Positions 51,261 to 63,347 of a stretch of 64,000 nucleotides of DNA are shown here, piece after piece. Both the position numbers and the translations under genes were made by a program. The DNA comes from Okamejei kenojei (taxonomy: Eukaryota). The notes below the pieces were generated by a model. That model saw only the letters and a program-made list of their open reading frames with translations, searched no databases and was not told where the DNA came from. Location: contig CM069155.1 of NCBI GenBank assembly GCA_035221665.1, forward strand, positions 30,256,001 to 30,320,000, in the 5' to 3' direction. Position 1 is the stretch's first letter. Each line of letters opens with the position of its first letter.

Positions 51261-51368
51261 CCCACTGCTTGCGTTGGGTACCAGTTTCACTGTGTCAGTG
51301 CAATCCTGGCTCTCTCGGTGAATCAGGCTCCGTGTTCCCCGCTGTCGGAGGGATTTAAATCTGCCACA

Positions 51369-51411
51369 ATGGTCAGCAACGTCAGATTTAAAAGCCGAAT
51401 GCTGAAATCGG
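51369..51411 (+). CDS. Candidate first coding exon of an unidentified gene (MVSNVRFKSRMLKS, phase 1)
   Basis: Kozak-like gccacaATGG and strong donor cgg|gtaagt directly downstream of the promoter; no downstream exon identified. Confidence 0.45.
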
Positions 51412-53049
51412 GTAAGTTGCATTTATCTCCGCGAAAAAAAAATCCCCACACAACCCGAACCCGAACCCGATTAGCACTTGCCAGAGGTCTCTTATGTTAC
51501 TGAATGAACCTTTCCATTCACTGCCTCTCCTTTCTCTGCCCGCTGCCGATGGGCGTCGCTGGGATACTGAACCTGCCGTATTTCAACGACCGCCGCCGCT
51601 TCCCCCGATGCGCTCGCTGCTCCTGCGGCATCCAGAGGAGAAGGAGGTGAGTTCCAGACTCTGTCCTGTTTTTCTTTCCTTAATACAATCGAGCCGGCTG
51701 CAATCTCCGGCCCGTTTACCGTGCCGCCCTTTCTCAGTGTAAAGCGACATGCAAAAGGGTCGAACCTCACGGGCAATTTTCACATTGTACTTGCGTTCCC
51801 GTTAGGGAATTTTAATTTTCACATCGATCTCGGCATCCCTGCTTCGGGTCTGTTTCTCACTATCACCCGGCATCGCTCTGTACCACGCACCACATTCGCA
51901 CCCCGTGTGTCTCATTCCCCCCTTCAAGCCCATATAAACATCGTTGTGCAGAGATTTGCAAAGCAAATGAGGCCAAGCTACTTGCGGCCAGCAGCAGCTG
52001 ATTGCGGTCAAGGGTGAGGCCTGGGCAATGGACGGGATGAGTTCCGTATGCAGGAATCCAGTGGGAACCATCACACGGTAAAGCCACCTCTGTCATTCCG
52101 CAGGGTCGCTGTCTGGCTGTGAAATCCCCTAATTTGGCCGCAGTTTGAGGTAGTTCGCTCTGAATAACCTTGCCTTCCCCAATGAGAGGGATGTTGATGT
52201 GCGAATGTGCCTACTATAACAGCCATAGAAGGTTACTGCATAAAGCGATTTGGCTTGAAATCACTCATCCAAGCACCAGGGTGTATTTGTTCTTCGAGGC
52301 TTCTGTCGTGCACTCTCGCTATTACTCCGCCCCCAGTGTTCGCCCACAGGCACAATATATCTCGTTATTCCAGTCTCCAACACATTTGATGTTACCATTT
52401 AAATATTTGTAATTGGTAATCCAGATTTGCAACAAGACACAGTAAGGTGTTTGTGGTTTACCTACATTTCCCATGGGATTTGTGGTGGCGTTGAGAAGGT
52501 TGGAGTGGTGATATTTGAACAGTTTATATTTGGATTTAACGTGGTGCCATTTCTGCTATGGAAAACCTGATAAACAAACATAATCACGAAATGGAAAGGG
52601 ATGCACTGCATGTTTTTTGGAGGCAGATACTCACACACCATTTAAGACATATCTAGAAAAGCACTTGAATTGCCACAGCATGAAGGCTATAGAACAATTC
52701 CTGGTGAAATTGGGATTAATATACTGGGTTGGGTTGGACCCGATGGGCCAAACGACATGTTTCTGTGATAAATGACTATGACTTTATTATTTGGGTATGA
52801 ATATTAAAGAGAAAGGTGGAATTGTTTGAAGAAGACCTCGGGTGACAAGATTAGAAATTGTAAAGAGAAAGATGAGAAATTATATAACAAATATCAATAC
52901 ACAGAAAGGCGTATTGAATGAACTCATACAAGGTACAAATCCTGATCCAGTAGAATTGATAATACATGTTTTAAAAGAATCTCAGAAGGAGACAGGAGAG
53001 ACAATGTAATACATAGTTTAAAAAAAATGTTAGGCAAGGATGTCAGAAG

Positions 53050-53340
53050 GCAGACATAATCTGGAGTAACTCAGCTGGTCAGGCATCATCTCTGGAGAAA
53101 AGGAATAGGTGACGTTTCGGGTTGCGAACCCTCGTCAGACTGATAGACAGGGGAGAGGGGAACTAAAGGTACAAAACAAACCAGAGCCGGCACCGATGGC
53201 CAACAAGTCCACAATGGTCTATTGTTGGCTGTGGAGCAGGTAATAACAAATGGATACGAATAGTGGAACTTGCAGGACAACTAGGAAGGGGGAGGGATGT
53301 AGTGAGAGTGAATCGTTACTTGGAAGGTGGAACATCAGTA
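53050..53340 (-). mobile_element. Penelope 3'UTR/pLTR fragment with an intact hammerhead core
   Basis: Minus strand agt-CTGACGA-GGGTT-cgc-AACCC-GAAAC-GTC-acc at 53141-53108. Confidence 0.8.
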
Positions 53341-53529
53341 TGTCTATGTTCAAGAACAATCTGGTGAACCACAGAGCAGTCAGATTAATGTTTAATTTAT
53401 TTAATCATGGGATGTAGATTTTGCTGACCAGGCTAACATTTTATTGCCCATACCAAATTGCCCCTCTGCTGAGCAACGTGCCTACTATTTTGAAGGCCTT
53501 CTGAGAACCACATGTGATTTAAGGATGGG

Positions 53530-53747
53530 AAAGAACTGCAGATGCTGGTTTAAATTGAAGATAGACACAAAATGATGGAGTAACTCAGTGGGACCGGCAG
53601 CATCTCCGGAGAAGATGAATGGGTGACGTTTCGGGTCGAGACTCTTCTTCAGTCTGAAGAAGGGTCTCGACCCGAAACGTCACCCATTTCTTCTCTCCAG
53701 AGATGCTGCCGGTCCTGCTGAGTTACTCCAGCATTTTGTGTCTATCT
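53530..53747. mobile_element. Near-perfect palindrome of two Penelope pLTR repeats
   Basis: 94-bp arms 53559-53652 and 53654-53747 centred on T53653; a hammerhead core starts at the centre on each strand. Confidence 0.93.
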
Positions 53748-54699
53748 GTCATTTATGGATAATCTGATTCTTTTAATACTTGAGTTTAAATTCCTCAGCA
53801 GGTATCATAGGATTTGATCACGTCTCCAGATCAATGGCTCTGGTCTCTAGATGTTGATGTCAAATACCATGATAGCACACCGCTTTCTTATGAAAAGCAA
53901 TGAAACATTACCAAAAAATATTTAAAAAATATTCAATGTGGATTTCAATAGCTTTAATCTTTGAATGGAAACCAGAAATTAATGCAATAGATTTAACATC
54001 TGAATTTCCAAACAGCCTATGGAAAGAAATCACATAATAGATCAATAAAAACACGTGGACAGAATGAATAGGTACTTATTCTCAAAACAGAAAGTAGAGA
54101 GGGGACAAAGATCTGCTTTTCAAATTGACAAAAGGCGAGTTCCTGGAATGAAAATGATAATAAAACACAAATATTCACTATTTTCATAAAATAATTAAAC
54201 TCTGGAATTAAAACTCAATTGGATGATATCAAATCCAGATGGTTCAGCCATCAACCAGGACAAGAACATGAAGACAACAATATTTATGGCAGAATACAGC
54301 TTTCCCGGGCATCATCTTGACCACATCATTAATTAGTCATTGTCTGTGATGAGACTGTGCCTTTCACGAAGCTAACGTTCCCATCCAGTTTCATATCATC
54401 AGCATACATTTACATTCTGGTATTTCATTTGAGTCATTTATGAAATTGTGAATAATCGAGGATCAATGCTGATTCCATTGGCCAACCCTAAACTGCTTTT
54501 GGAAGAAGACCCGGTAATTATTGCCAAATGTTTTCTTGCTCTGACCAACCCATTGTCCATGCTGGAATATCACTCATAAACCCATAGACTCTGGCTTTAT
54601 ATTGCAAATTATTTCTCAAATTACAGGTATACTATACTTTCCCCTTATTTTCTCTATAAAATGGTACTTCATTTGTCAAATATTACTATCTTTCATGAA

Positions 54700-54990
54700 A
54701 TCTTCCAGGCTTCTGCAAAGGTGGCAAATTACAATCGCAACACATTTCAGGCAAGAACTGTCTCCAACAAACGTGAGCTGGATCTCTTTCCTGTGATATT
54801 CAATGGCATTACCATTGGTAGTTTCTCAGGATCTGTTTCCCAGAGAGTCAGCATTGAACAGATCTTAAATGGAACAGCACATACATGCCTTGGTGACTGG
54901 AGAAGGTCAAAGGCTGAATCTTCTGCAATAAATAGCTTAACCATTGACTCACCATAGCCTTTCCAGCACTGACATAATATATTGCTTGTG
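54700..54990 (+). mobile_element. Ancient LINE ORF2 remnant
   Basis: QARTVSNKRELDLFPVIFNGITI resembles a post-RT segment of shark CR1-like LINEs; a related remnant lies near 23620-23730. Confidence 0.5.
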
Positions 54991-55692
54991 CTTGCCTAGT
55001 AAATATAATAGATGTTCTTGAGGACACAATTAGCAAGATGTACTAGTGGAAAAGAGACAATAAATGCAGCGTTTATAGATTCAAGAAAAGGAAACTCCAG
55101 TTACTGCGACAAGAATTGTTGAAAATAGGAGAGACAATGTGGGAACTATGTGAATTGTGGGTGGAAATCAGTTGCATAGAAATGTATTTATTCCTTCACA
55201 GGATGCTTCAAGAACAGTCAGCTTTTAACACCGATCCTTAATTCCATTGTCCTTATAAAACTAGTCATGTGCACTTCATAAGCCACTGCAGCCACTATGG
55301 CGAAGGCACTGTCACAGTTCAGTTGGATAGGAAATTTCACAATATTGACATTAACAGAATGGTAATATATTCCCAAGCCAGGAAGATGCATGACTTGGGG
55401 GAGGGTAGTTGTGTACCTTTGCATCTGCTGCTAAAGGCGGAAAAGGCTGTAAAGGTTGCAGGTTGGTTTAGATGTCAGAGAAGGTTTGAACATTTTTGCA
55501 CCATGGAACATAGGTGACCCAAGAAGGAAATATTTAAGATATTGAATCATTCGCATGTTCTGGATGATGATGAATGCATCCATGCAAGATTTTCAGCGTA
55601 GAGCAAAATAGGTGCATTGCTCTCAGTAGCATTGGAGAATCAGAAGGCGAGTCACTCGCAAGATAATACCTGATCTTGCAGTCAAAGTACTG

Positions 55693-57575
55693 AGTGTTTA
55701 AGAAGGAACTGCAGATGCTGGTTTAATCTGAAGATAGACACAAAAAGCTGGAGTAACTCAGCGGGACTGGCAGCATCTCTGGAGAGAAGGAATTGGTGAC
55801 ATTTCGGGTCAAGACCCTTCTTCAGACTGGTTAGGGATAAGGAAACTGAGAGATATAGACGGTAATGTGAAAAGATAAAGAACAATGAATGAAGGACATG
55901 CAAAACAGTAATGATGATAAAGGAAATAGGCCATTGTGAGCTGTTTGTAGGGTGGAAATGAGAAGCTAGTGCGACTTGGGTGGGGGAGGGATAGAGAGAG
56001 AGAGAGAGAGAGAGAGAGGGAATGCCTTGGCTACCTGAAGTGAGTGAATCAATACTCATACCACTGGGCTGTAAGCTGCCCAAGCGAATTATGAGATGCT
56101 GTTCCTCCAATTTACATTTAGCCTCACTCTGACAATGGAGGAGACAGAGGCCAGAAAGGTCTGTGTAGGAATGGGAAGGAGAATTAGTGCCCATCACAAG
56201 GGAGATCAGGTTGGTTCACGCGGGCTGAGTGAAGGTGTTCCACGAATCGATCGCCCAGTCCACGTTTGGTCTTGCCGATGTATAAGAGTCCCCATCTTGA
56301 ACAATGGATACAGTAGATGAGGTTGGAGGAGGTGCAAGCGAACATCTGCCTAACCTGAAAGGACTGTCGGGGTCCCTAGACAGAGTAGAGGGAGGAGGTA
56401 TAGCGACAGGTGTTGCATCTTCTGCGGTTGCAGGGGAAGGTACCTGGGGAGGGGGTAGTTTGCTTGGGAAGGGATGAGTTCATCATGGAGGTGTGGAGGG
56501 AATGGTCTCTGTGGAAGGCGGAAAGGGGTGGAGATGGGAAATTGTGGCTAGTGGTGGGATCCCGTTGGATTTTCAGAGTATTATGTGTTGTATGCGATGA
56601 CTGATGGGGTGGAAGGAAAGGACTAGAGGGACTCTGTCTCTGTTGCAAATAGGGGGAGGGGGAGCAAGGGCAGAGCTGCAGGGTACAGAGGAGACACGAG
56701 TGAGTGCCTCAACTATGACAGGAGTGGGGAACCCCAATTCCCTAAATAATTAGGGCATCTTGGATGTTCTGGTATGGAACACCTCAACTTGGGCGCAGAT
56801 GTGGCATAGACGGAGGAATTGGGCGTAGGGGATAGAGTCTTTGGAGTCAGTAATAGAAATCAGTCAATCGTCTATTTCTTGCAATGGAGACTGTGTGATC
56901 AAGAAAGGGAAGGGCGGTGTCGGAGATGGTCCAAGTAAATTTGAGTGCAGGATGAAAATTGGTGGTGAAGTGGATGAAGTCCATGAGTTCTGCATGGGCG
57001 CAGGAGGTAGCACCAATGCAGTCATCAATGTTACAGAGATAGAGTTCGGGGATAGGGCCAGTGTTCACCTGGAACAGCGATTGTTCAATGTACTCTACAA
57101 AGAGGCAGGCATAGCGAGGGCCATGCGGGTGCCCGTAGATACGCCTTGGAGGAAGTGGGAGGTGTCAAAGGAGAAGTTGTTGGGGGAGAGAAGGTGGAGT
57201 GTTAGTCGAGGGAGATTGGATGGTTCTGCGGTCGAGGAAGAAACGGAGGGCTTTAAGCCCTTCCTGGTGGGGGATGGAGGTGTAGAGTGACTGAACCTCC
57301 ACAGTTGAGATGAGGGAGCGGGGGCTCGGGAAGCAAAAGTCATTAAAGAGACAAAGGGCATGTGAGGTATCTTGGACATAGGTCAGGAGAGATTGGACCA
57401 AAGTGGATAGGAAATCATTTCCATGGGACAGGAGCAGGCAGAGACAATGGGTCTGCCGGGGCAGTTGTTTTTGTGGATTTTGGGGAGAAGATAAAAACGG
57501 GGTATGCGGGGCTGGGAAAGGATAAGGTTGGAGGCTGTGGAAGGCAGAGAGCCAGAAGAGATCATCTGTGGGATC
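55693..57575 (-). mobile_element. Penelope-like retroelement (Neptune-type): degraded RT, Zn-finger linker, GIY-YIG and pLTR
   Basis: PRFYLLPKIHK..PGRPIVS, VQSLYTSIPH, NIDDC, HPALKFT..LPFLD, FPCNRRRCNTC, KLEEQHLIIRLGSLQPSGM; multiple frameshifts; may continue to about 58150. Confidence 0.92.
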
Positions 57576-57579
57576 ATGG

Positions 57580-57837
57580 ACCAAGGATACAGAGAAGGTT
57601 CACCAGACTGATTCCTGGGTGTCAGGACTTTCATATGAGGAAAGACTGGATAGACTTGGCTTGTACTCGCTAGAATTTAGAAGACTGAGGGGGGATCTTA
57701 TAGAAACTTACAAAATTCTTAAGGAGTTGAATAGGCTAGATGCAGGAACATTGTTCCCGATGTTGGGGAGGTCCAGAACAAGGGGTCACAGTCTAAGGAT
57801 AAGGTGGAATTCCTTTAGGACCGAGATGAGGAAAAGT
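57580..57837 (+). mobile_element. Internal CR1 ORF2 fragment embedded in the Penelope element
   Basis: LSYEERLDRLGLYSLEFRRLRGDLIETYKIL..RTRGHSLRI; no 3'UTR or tail. Confidence 0.9.
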
Positions 57838-60169
57838 TGAGGACTATTGTATGGGTGGGGTGTGGTGGGGGTTATCTGGTTAACAGAGGGGGAAGGGGAA
57901 GACCCATCACTACTGAGGTTCCCTGTAGGAGGGGGGGAGCAGTAGGACCCAGCAGAGTCAGGCCACATGGTGTTGGAGTATGCATTGTGGAGGTTGTGGG
58001 TCTGGTGCTTAGCCTGGAACTCAGGTGAGGCGACCACTCCAGCCCGCTGGTGGGCGGTGGAGAGGCAAGGGTCGGCAGAGTCACTGGTAGAGGCCCGTGA
58101 GGGGCTGGAGTAACTCTTCTTAGCCCACCAATGAATGCTGCCCTGCACTTGCTCCATCAGACACCTCCAAAAGCGTAGTTGTGAATGAAACTGAATGCCG
58201 CAAGATCATTAGGATGGTGTCCTTATGAAGCCACTAAAGATGTTGGGTTGAGAGCATTATCTAGAGGGCACAGACTATGTGGACTGAGAGCTTGATGCGC
58301 AAATACACTCTCATTTTTCTTTATTCTACGTTTAACAGTGGAGAGTTTCCCTCTTGTTAGTCATTCACTTTATTTTTAATTTTCCCATGGCCTTACATAG
58401 TCAAATGCTACTCTTTTGTGCACGAGTAGATTAAGGCTGTAATGAGGACCAGCGCTGAGTGGTGCAGGTGAAATAGATTGCAATGTTGGTGACACCGACT
58501 GTCATATTGCTCATGATTAGCATTGGATTGACGGGTGATAATCAGCTAGACTGAATATTGTGGGCTGAACATGCCTGGGCAATGTTTCATATTTCCAGTG
58601 TTGTAACTTTGCTAGAGGTACATCTTGCCCTGGAACACAACTGCAACCATTGGGTTGCATAGGCTTTAATCTATCCAGTGTTCCCAGCTGTTCCTTAACA
58701 TTACACGAAGTGAATTTGAATCAAATCAATACAACTATTTTCAGTGGTGTGAACCTTAGTAACTGCCTGGGACAGGTCATTAAGTTGTTTGGATGATTAA
58801 AACCCACTTGGTTGGCTTGGATGTGCATCAGAGATTACGTGGTTAGCTATCTCAAAAATATCAGATAATTCAGGAAGTGCAAAAATGGTACCCATGGTCA
58901 TGTATAATGTCATTGATGACTTTGCTAAGCTTTGCTGGAAGAATAAAATCTGATTGGAGGTAGTTAAATGGATGATCCTGGAAAGAGGGAATTCATTTTG
59001 GTGAATGTATCACCTTTTACATTTTGGAAAGGAAAGATTTTTTGTGGAAAGGAGTGACGATGAAGGAGATGCTGAACACTGCTTCAGACTCGATAACTAT
59101 CAATGCAATTAGTTAACAATGGCATCAAAGGGAAGTTGGATGGACTGCTGTTAGGTAGGAATAAAGTTGAAGGAGCAAAGGATGCGTCTCGTGTGCAGAT
59201 TGAACTTGGAGGGGTGTGACAAGTATTAAGCCATAAACAGAGAGAACCAAGAAAATATATCTGATTATAAATCATTTGGAGATCTGGGAGAGGGCAATTG
59301 TAACAGAACATGTCAAGTGCATCCCCTGAAAGAAGCAATTCCATTAAACTTTCAGAACAGTTTGAAATAACAGAACAAGCCTTTAACAAAAACAACTACA
59401 CGGGCATGTCAAGGCCATAGATTGTCTATGACCTATGAGATGACTGAAAGACATCATATTCTAGGTCTCAAAGGTCACAAAATAATCGACTCGAACAAGG
59501 GGGGGTGGTCAAGGGGGGATCTGCAATGCTAATACCAACAGGCCTTATCAAATATTTTTAATTAAAAACTGAGAATACTAAAAAAAATTGTGGGTGACCA
59601 CCGAATCTGAATTTTACATAAATCAATTGAGCAGAAGTACTATAAAAACACAAATTGAAACTGGAAATCAAAGCAAAAATGTTTAGGGGAGCCCACCCCT
59701 TACGTTTGGGTATTAAAGGATTGACCGGTCACAAACTGTGAGCAAAGTGTCATTAATAATGGTAGTCTCACCAGAATGGACCAAATGAGGTTCCTGAAAG
59801 AAATATCACCGTTTCTGGGGAGGGTAGCTCACCTGGGCTGTTTAAAGAGAATGAAAAATACTACGCAAACTTAAAGATCTCACATCAAATCAAAACAGTG
59901 AATTCAATCTAAATTCAACCTAAAGTCAGTGTCCCATTTTAGCCACAGGCGCTATCTTTTCCACTGACAGTCAGAATATACTGGGATTGCACTCTGGATC
60001 AGTAGGTGGGTAGGAGGCCAACACGTAATTGGTAAGTATCTGGAAGGAAAGATGGGAAGCAGAGATCGGTGCTAAACCTTTGAGATGAACAGATGTCTGC
60101 TTAAATTTTGGCCAGCTGTCATTATTAATGTTAATCACACATGGTCATTCATTACTGAGGTATTACCAT

Positions 60170-60510
60170 GCTGTTGGCACTGCGGCACGCCTGGGCAAGG
60201 TGCTACTTTAGACTACCCATCACCTAGATTAATTCCTGACCACTGCTATGATCTGTGTAGCATTTGCACACTCCCCCTGTGACCATGTGGGTCTCTTCCG
60301 GGTGCTTTGGTTTTCTTCCACATCCCAAAGACATGTGGTTTGATGAGTTAGTTGGATGCTTTAAATTGCCCCGGGTGAATGATAGAATTTGCGATGATTG
60401 GATGGGAATGTAGGGAGAAATGGAATGGGATTAGCATAAATGAAATGGAATGGGATTAGCAATGAATTGGTGGGCTGAAGGGTCTGTTTCTATGCTGTGT
60501 GACTCCATAA
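60170..60510 (+). mobile_element. Older V-SINE-type element
   Basis: tttgcacactccccctgtgaccatgtggg..ccacatcccaaagac..tgggctgaagggtctgtttctatgctgt. Confidence 0.7.
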
Positions 60511-61762
60511 TTAGTTCGGCTGCTGCCCATTTGTATAAATTGCAGCTCAATTGTCCTGTTGTCAGTGGAGTAGCCTGAGCCACACTGGTGTGTTCATGCA
60601 GTTTGGAGCAGTATGACTTAAACTGCTGAACGTATTTTGCTGCCAATCATTATCTGAGCAATGCATTTTTTGGTGTTATTGTTGTTCAGTCATGTGACAA
60701 AAATTTGTACCCACCCATTTCCTCTGGGTTACCCATTTTGATTTGTGATATTTTTTTCTCCCCGAGACTTTAATCAGATATGAGTTATGTTGCTAAAATG
60801 AAGGATGATTAAATTACGTTTGGTTGAAAGGGATTGGGACTGAATTCAATTTACTGTTTAAATGAGATAGAGGATTACTTATCAGAGGAGGGAAATTGAA
60901 ATTGAGTCATTGCAGACCTTTCGAAGGAGATGTTGTTTAAAATTTGACAAGATCTGAGACAAAGAAAAACAGTAAATGCCAGCATTCCTTGATATTAGCC
61001 GGCTGCTCCAAGAATAGTATGTTGATGTGTATTTGGAATTTACTATTGAGAGTACAAGCTTTTCAATGGCAAATTACATCCTCAGCCAAAATGGATAGCC
61101 CACCCATTAATTTTCCAGTACCTATCACTTATGGAATAGTGGAAACTATCTCTTAGAACAATGGAAATAATTCCAAACTTAGCAATTTAGCTCAGTTTTT
61201 ACACTCGTGTAATTAAACTTCTGAAGAGAATTCCTTCCAGTTCATTTGTAGGTAAACGTTCAAGACCAGAATTATTGAGTCAGTTTCAGGTCGAGTTTAA
61301 AAACTGATAAAGAAAAAAATTGTACATCCGTTAGACATTTTTTTAACCTTCTGGGTAGTAACTTGGGGGCAATTCAACAGTGATGGTCTTTTTAGCCAAC
61401 CAACCCTATCCTTAAGCAATATTTTCATAAGTTGGCCAGTTATTTCCAGTGGGAGTCTTGCCATATTTTTTATTCTTTAATTGAGGAATGTTGTGTTGTC
61501 ACGCTTCCTGCTGCCGCAGCTGAAATCAGCATATATCAAGACGAAAAATGCAATCCTTCAAATTAGTATGATTTGTTATTTGCTGGATAAACTGGGTGAA
61601 TTGTACTTACTTTCAAAAGTGAGATACCCCTGGACATGTCAAAGTTTGAAACCTCCTGAATATTTTTTATCCTGTCGACACGCCACTCTAAAGGAAGAAC
61701 AATTGGTTTATTACAATATATATGATCAAATGTGGTGTCAAAGGGGGTTATCAGAATGATAA

Positions 61763-62075
61763 GGTGGCACAGTGGTGCTGCGGTAGGGTTGCTGCCTTGC
61801 AGCACCAGAGACCGGGTTCGATCCTGACCACGGCTGCTATCTGTACGGAGTTTGTACGTTCTCCCCGTGAACGCGTTGGTTTTCTCCGAGATCTTCGATT
61901 TCCTCCTACACTCCAAAGGCGTACAGGTTTGCAGGTTAATTGGCTTGGTATAAAATGTAAATTGCCCCTAGTGTGTGTTGGATGGTGTTAATGTGCGGGG
62001 ATCGCTGGTCGGTGCGGACTTGGTGGGCCAAAAGGCATGTTTCCATGCTGTATCTCTAAACTAAACTAAACTAAA
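61763..62075 (+). mobile_element. Full-length HE1-type tRNA-derived V-SINE
   Basis: A box (gtggcacagtgg), B box GGTTCGATCC, V domain, LINE-like 3' end and (TAAAC)n tail. Confidence 0.9.
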
Positions 62076-63039
62076 ATGGGAGTTACAAATTAACATTTGG
62101 AACAGAAGACCAATTGACCACTCAATAGATCAACCAAATCCATTGTTCTATATAATTTGATACCCTGTTGTAACAAAACTCTGATGTAATCTGCCTTGAA
62201 TGCTCTGTAATCCAGCATAGTCATCCTTTTTGGGAAAAGACTACTGAGTTTCTACTATTGTGTGAAAATATTTGATATGATTTTCCATGTGGTTCCTGAG
62301 GTACTTAAACATTGGGCAAATGAGTGCAATAAAATTTGAATAATCCGCACCCTCGGATCATTAGTAGTGCTGCACCAGCAGATTTTCCGGGATTTGGGAT
62401 GCTATTCCTTTCATAGCCAAACAGTCTTTTATTTCACTTTTAACTGTATTACAGCATAGTATAATTTATTACCCAGCAATCTGCTCAGTTTAAAGGGATT
62501 GGGAAATGTGCAAGCATTTGAGACTGCAATTCCAGCCACAAATTGACCCAAATTCCTCATCCCTGGTGTTCTGGTCCCCAGTCTCAACTCCAGAATGACA
62601 ACCTACACATAGTCCAGACTCTGGTTACATTCTGGACACCCACGCACTTGCACTGTCAAGCATCTGTTCATGCTCCTGATTAAGGAGTGAGCCACATCAG
62701 GACTTCCGAATGATTGGAACTGGATTATCAAAGTCTCTCTGTATTTATTCTGCTGGAGACACATTTGCCTTGTTTTCTGCCAATTTCCTCTACTGTTAGA
62801 AACTGTGGGTCCGGTGGAATTATCTGGCGAGGAGTCCAGTTATGATGAGCATTTTGTGCAGATTAGAAAAAGAAGTGCCAAGATTTTGTGAAAAAGCAGA
62901 AGTTATTGTGAGGATGGTAGAGTAAAAGGCGATGATTGGAACATAAGAATGGCACACGTAAGCTGGCCCAGTCATTGAAGATGAACTGCTGATAATCTGC
63001 ATATCTGATTATAATGGAGAACAGAAGAGCAGAGCTGCA

Positions 63040-63345
63040 GTCAGTCTGAACCTTTTCCCCCCAGATGGAAATATCAAATACTAGAGGGCATAGCTTTAAG
63101 GTGACGGGTAAAGTTTAAAGTAGAAGTGTGGTGCAAGTTTTTATGCGGAGAATGACTGATGCCTGGAATGCATTGCCAGGGAGGGGGGTGGAGGTAAATA
63201 CAATAATGACATTGAGGAGGCCTTTGGATGGGCACATGGATATGCAAGGATGGAGGATTGTGGATTCTGTGCAGACTGATAAGAGTTGGTCTTGGCATCA
63301 TGCTTGGCAGAGACATTGTGTGCTGAATGGCCTGTTCCTGCGATG
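63040..63345 (+). mobile_element. CR1-clade LINE 3' fragment
   Basis: aatactagagggcatagctttaagg..gcctggaatgcattgcc..ctgaatggcctgttcctg. Confidence 0.8.
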
Positions 63346-63347
63346 TT

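Larger units (their letters stand above)
50480..52350. promoter_or_regulatory. CpG island / probable bidirectional promoter
   Basis: Marked rise in GC and CpG content in non-repeat sequence; CCAAT array, CHR-like TTTAAA at 51354-51359, E2F-like CCGCGAAAA at 51429-51437; splice donors on both strands. Confidence 0.85.

Noticed and set aside
51050-51266. ERSE-II-like motifs (ATTGG-A-CCACC, ATTGG-C-CCACT)
   Set aside because: Both miss the CCACG consensus and there is no CCAAT-N9-CCACG, so an ER-stress promoter is not supported.
50704-52096. Overlapping 60-166 aa ORFs on both strands
   Set aside because: Expected in a GC-rich CpG island; no recognisable domains.
61763-61835. tRNA gene
   Set aside because: A/B boxes belong to the tRNA-derived head of a SINE; no cloverleaf or Pol III terminator.
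62325-62745. Tigger/pogo-like MITE
   Set aside because: Putative TIRs too degenerate and the left TA is not intact; cannot be supported by eye.
62797-62925. Possible exon 2 of the CpG-island gene after tttcctctactgttag
   Set aside because: Two frames stop early; the third has only a weak donor (gtagag) before its stop and gives no recognisable protein.
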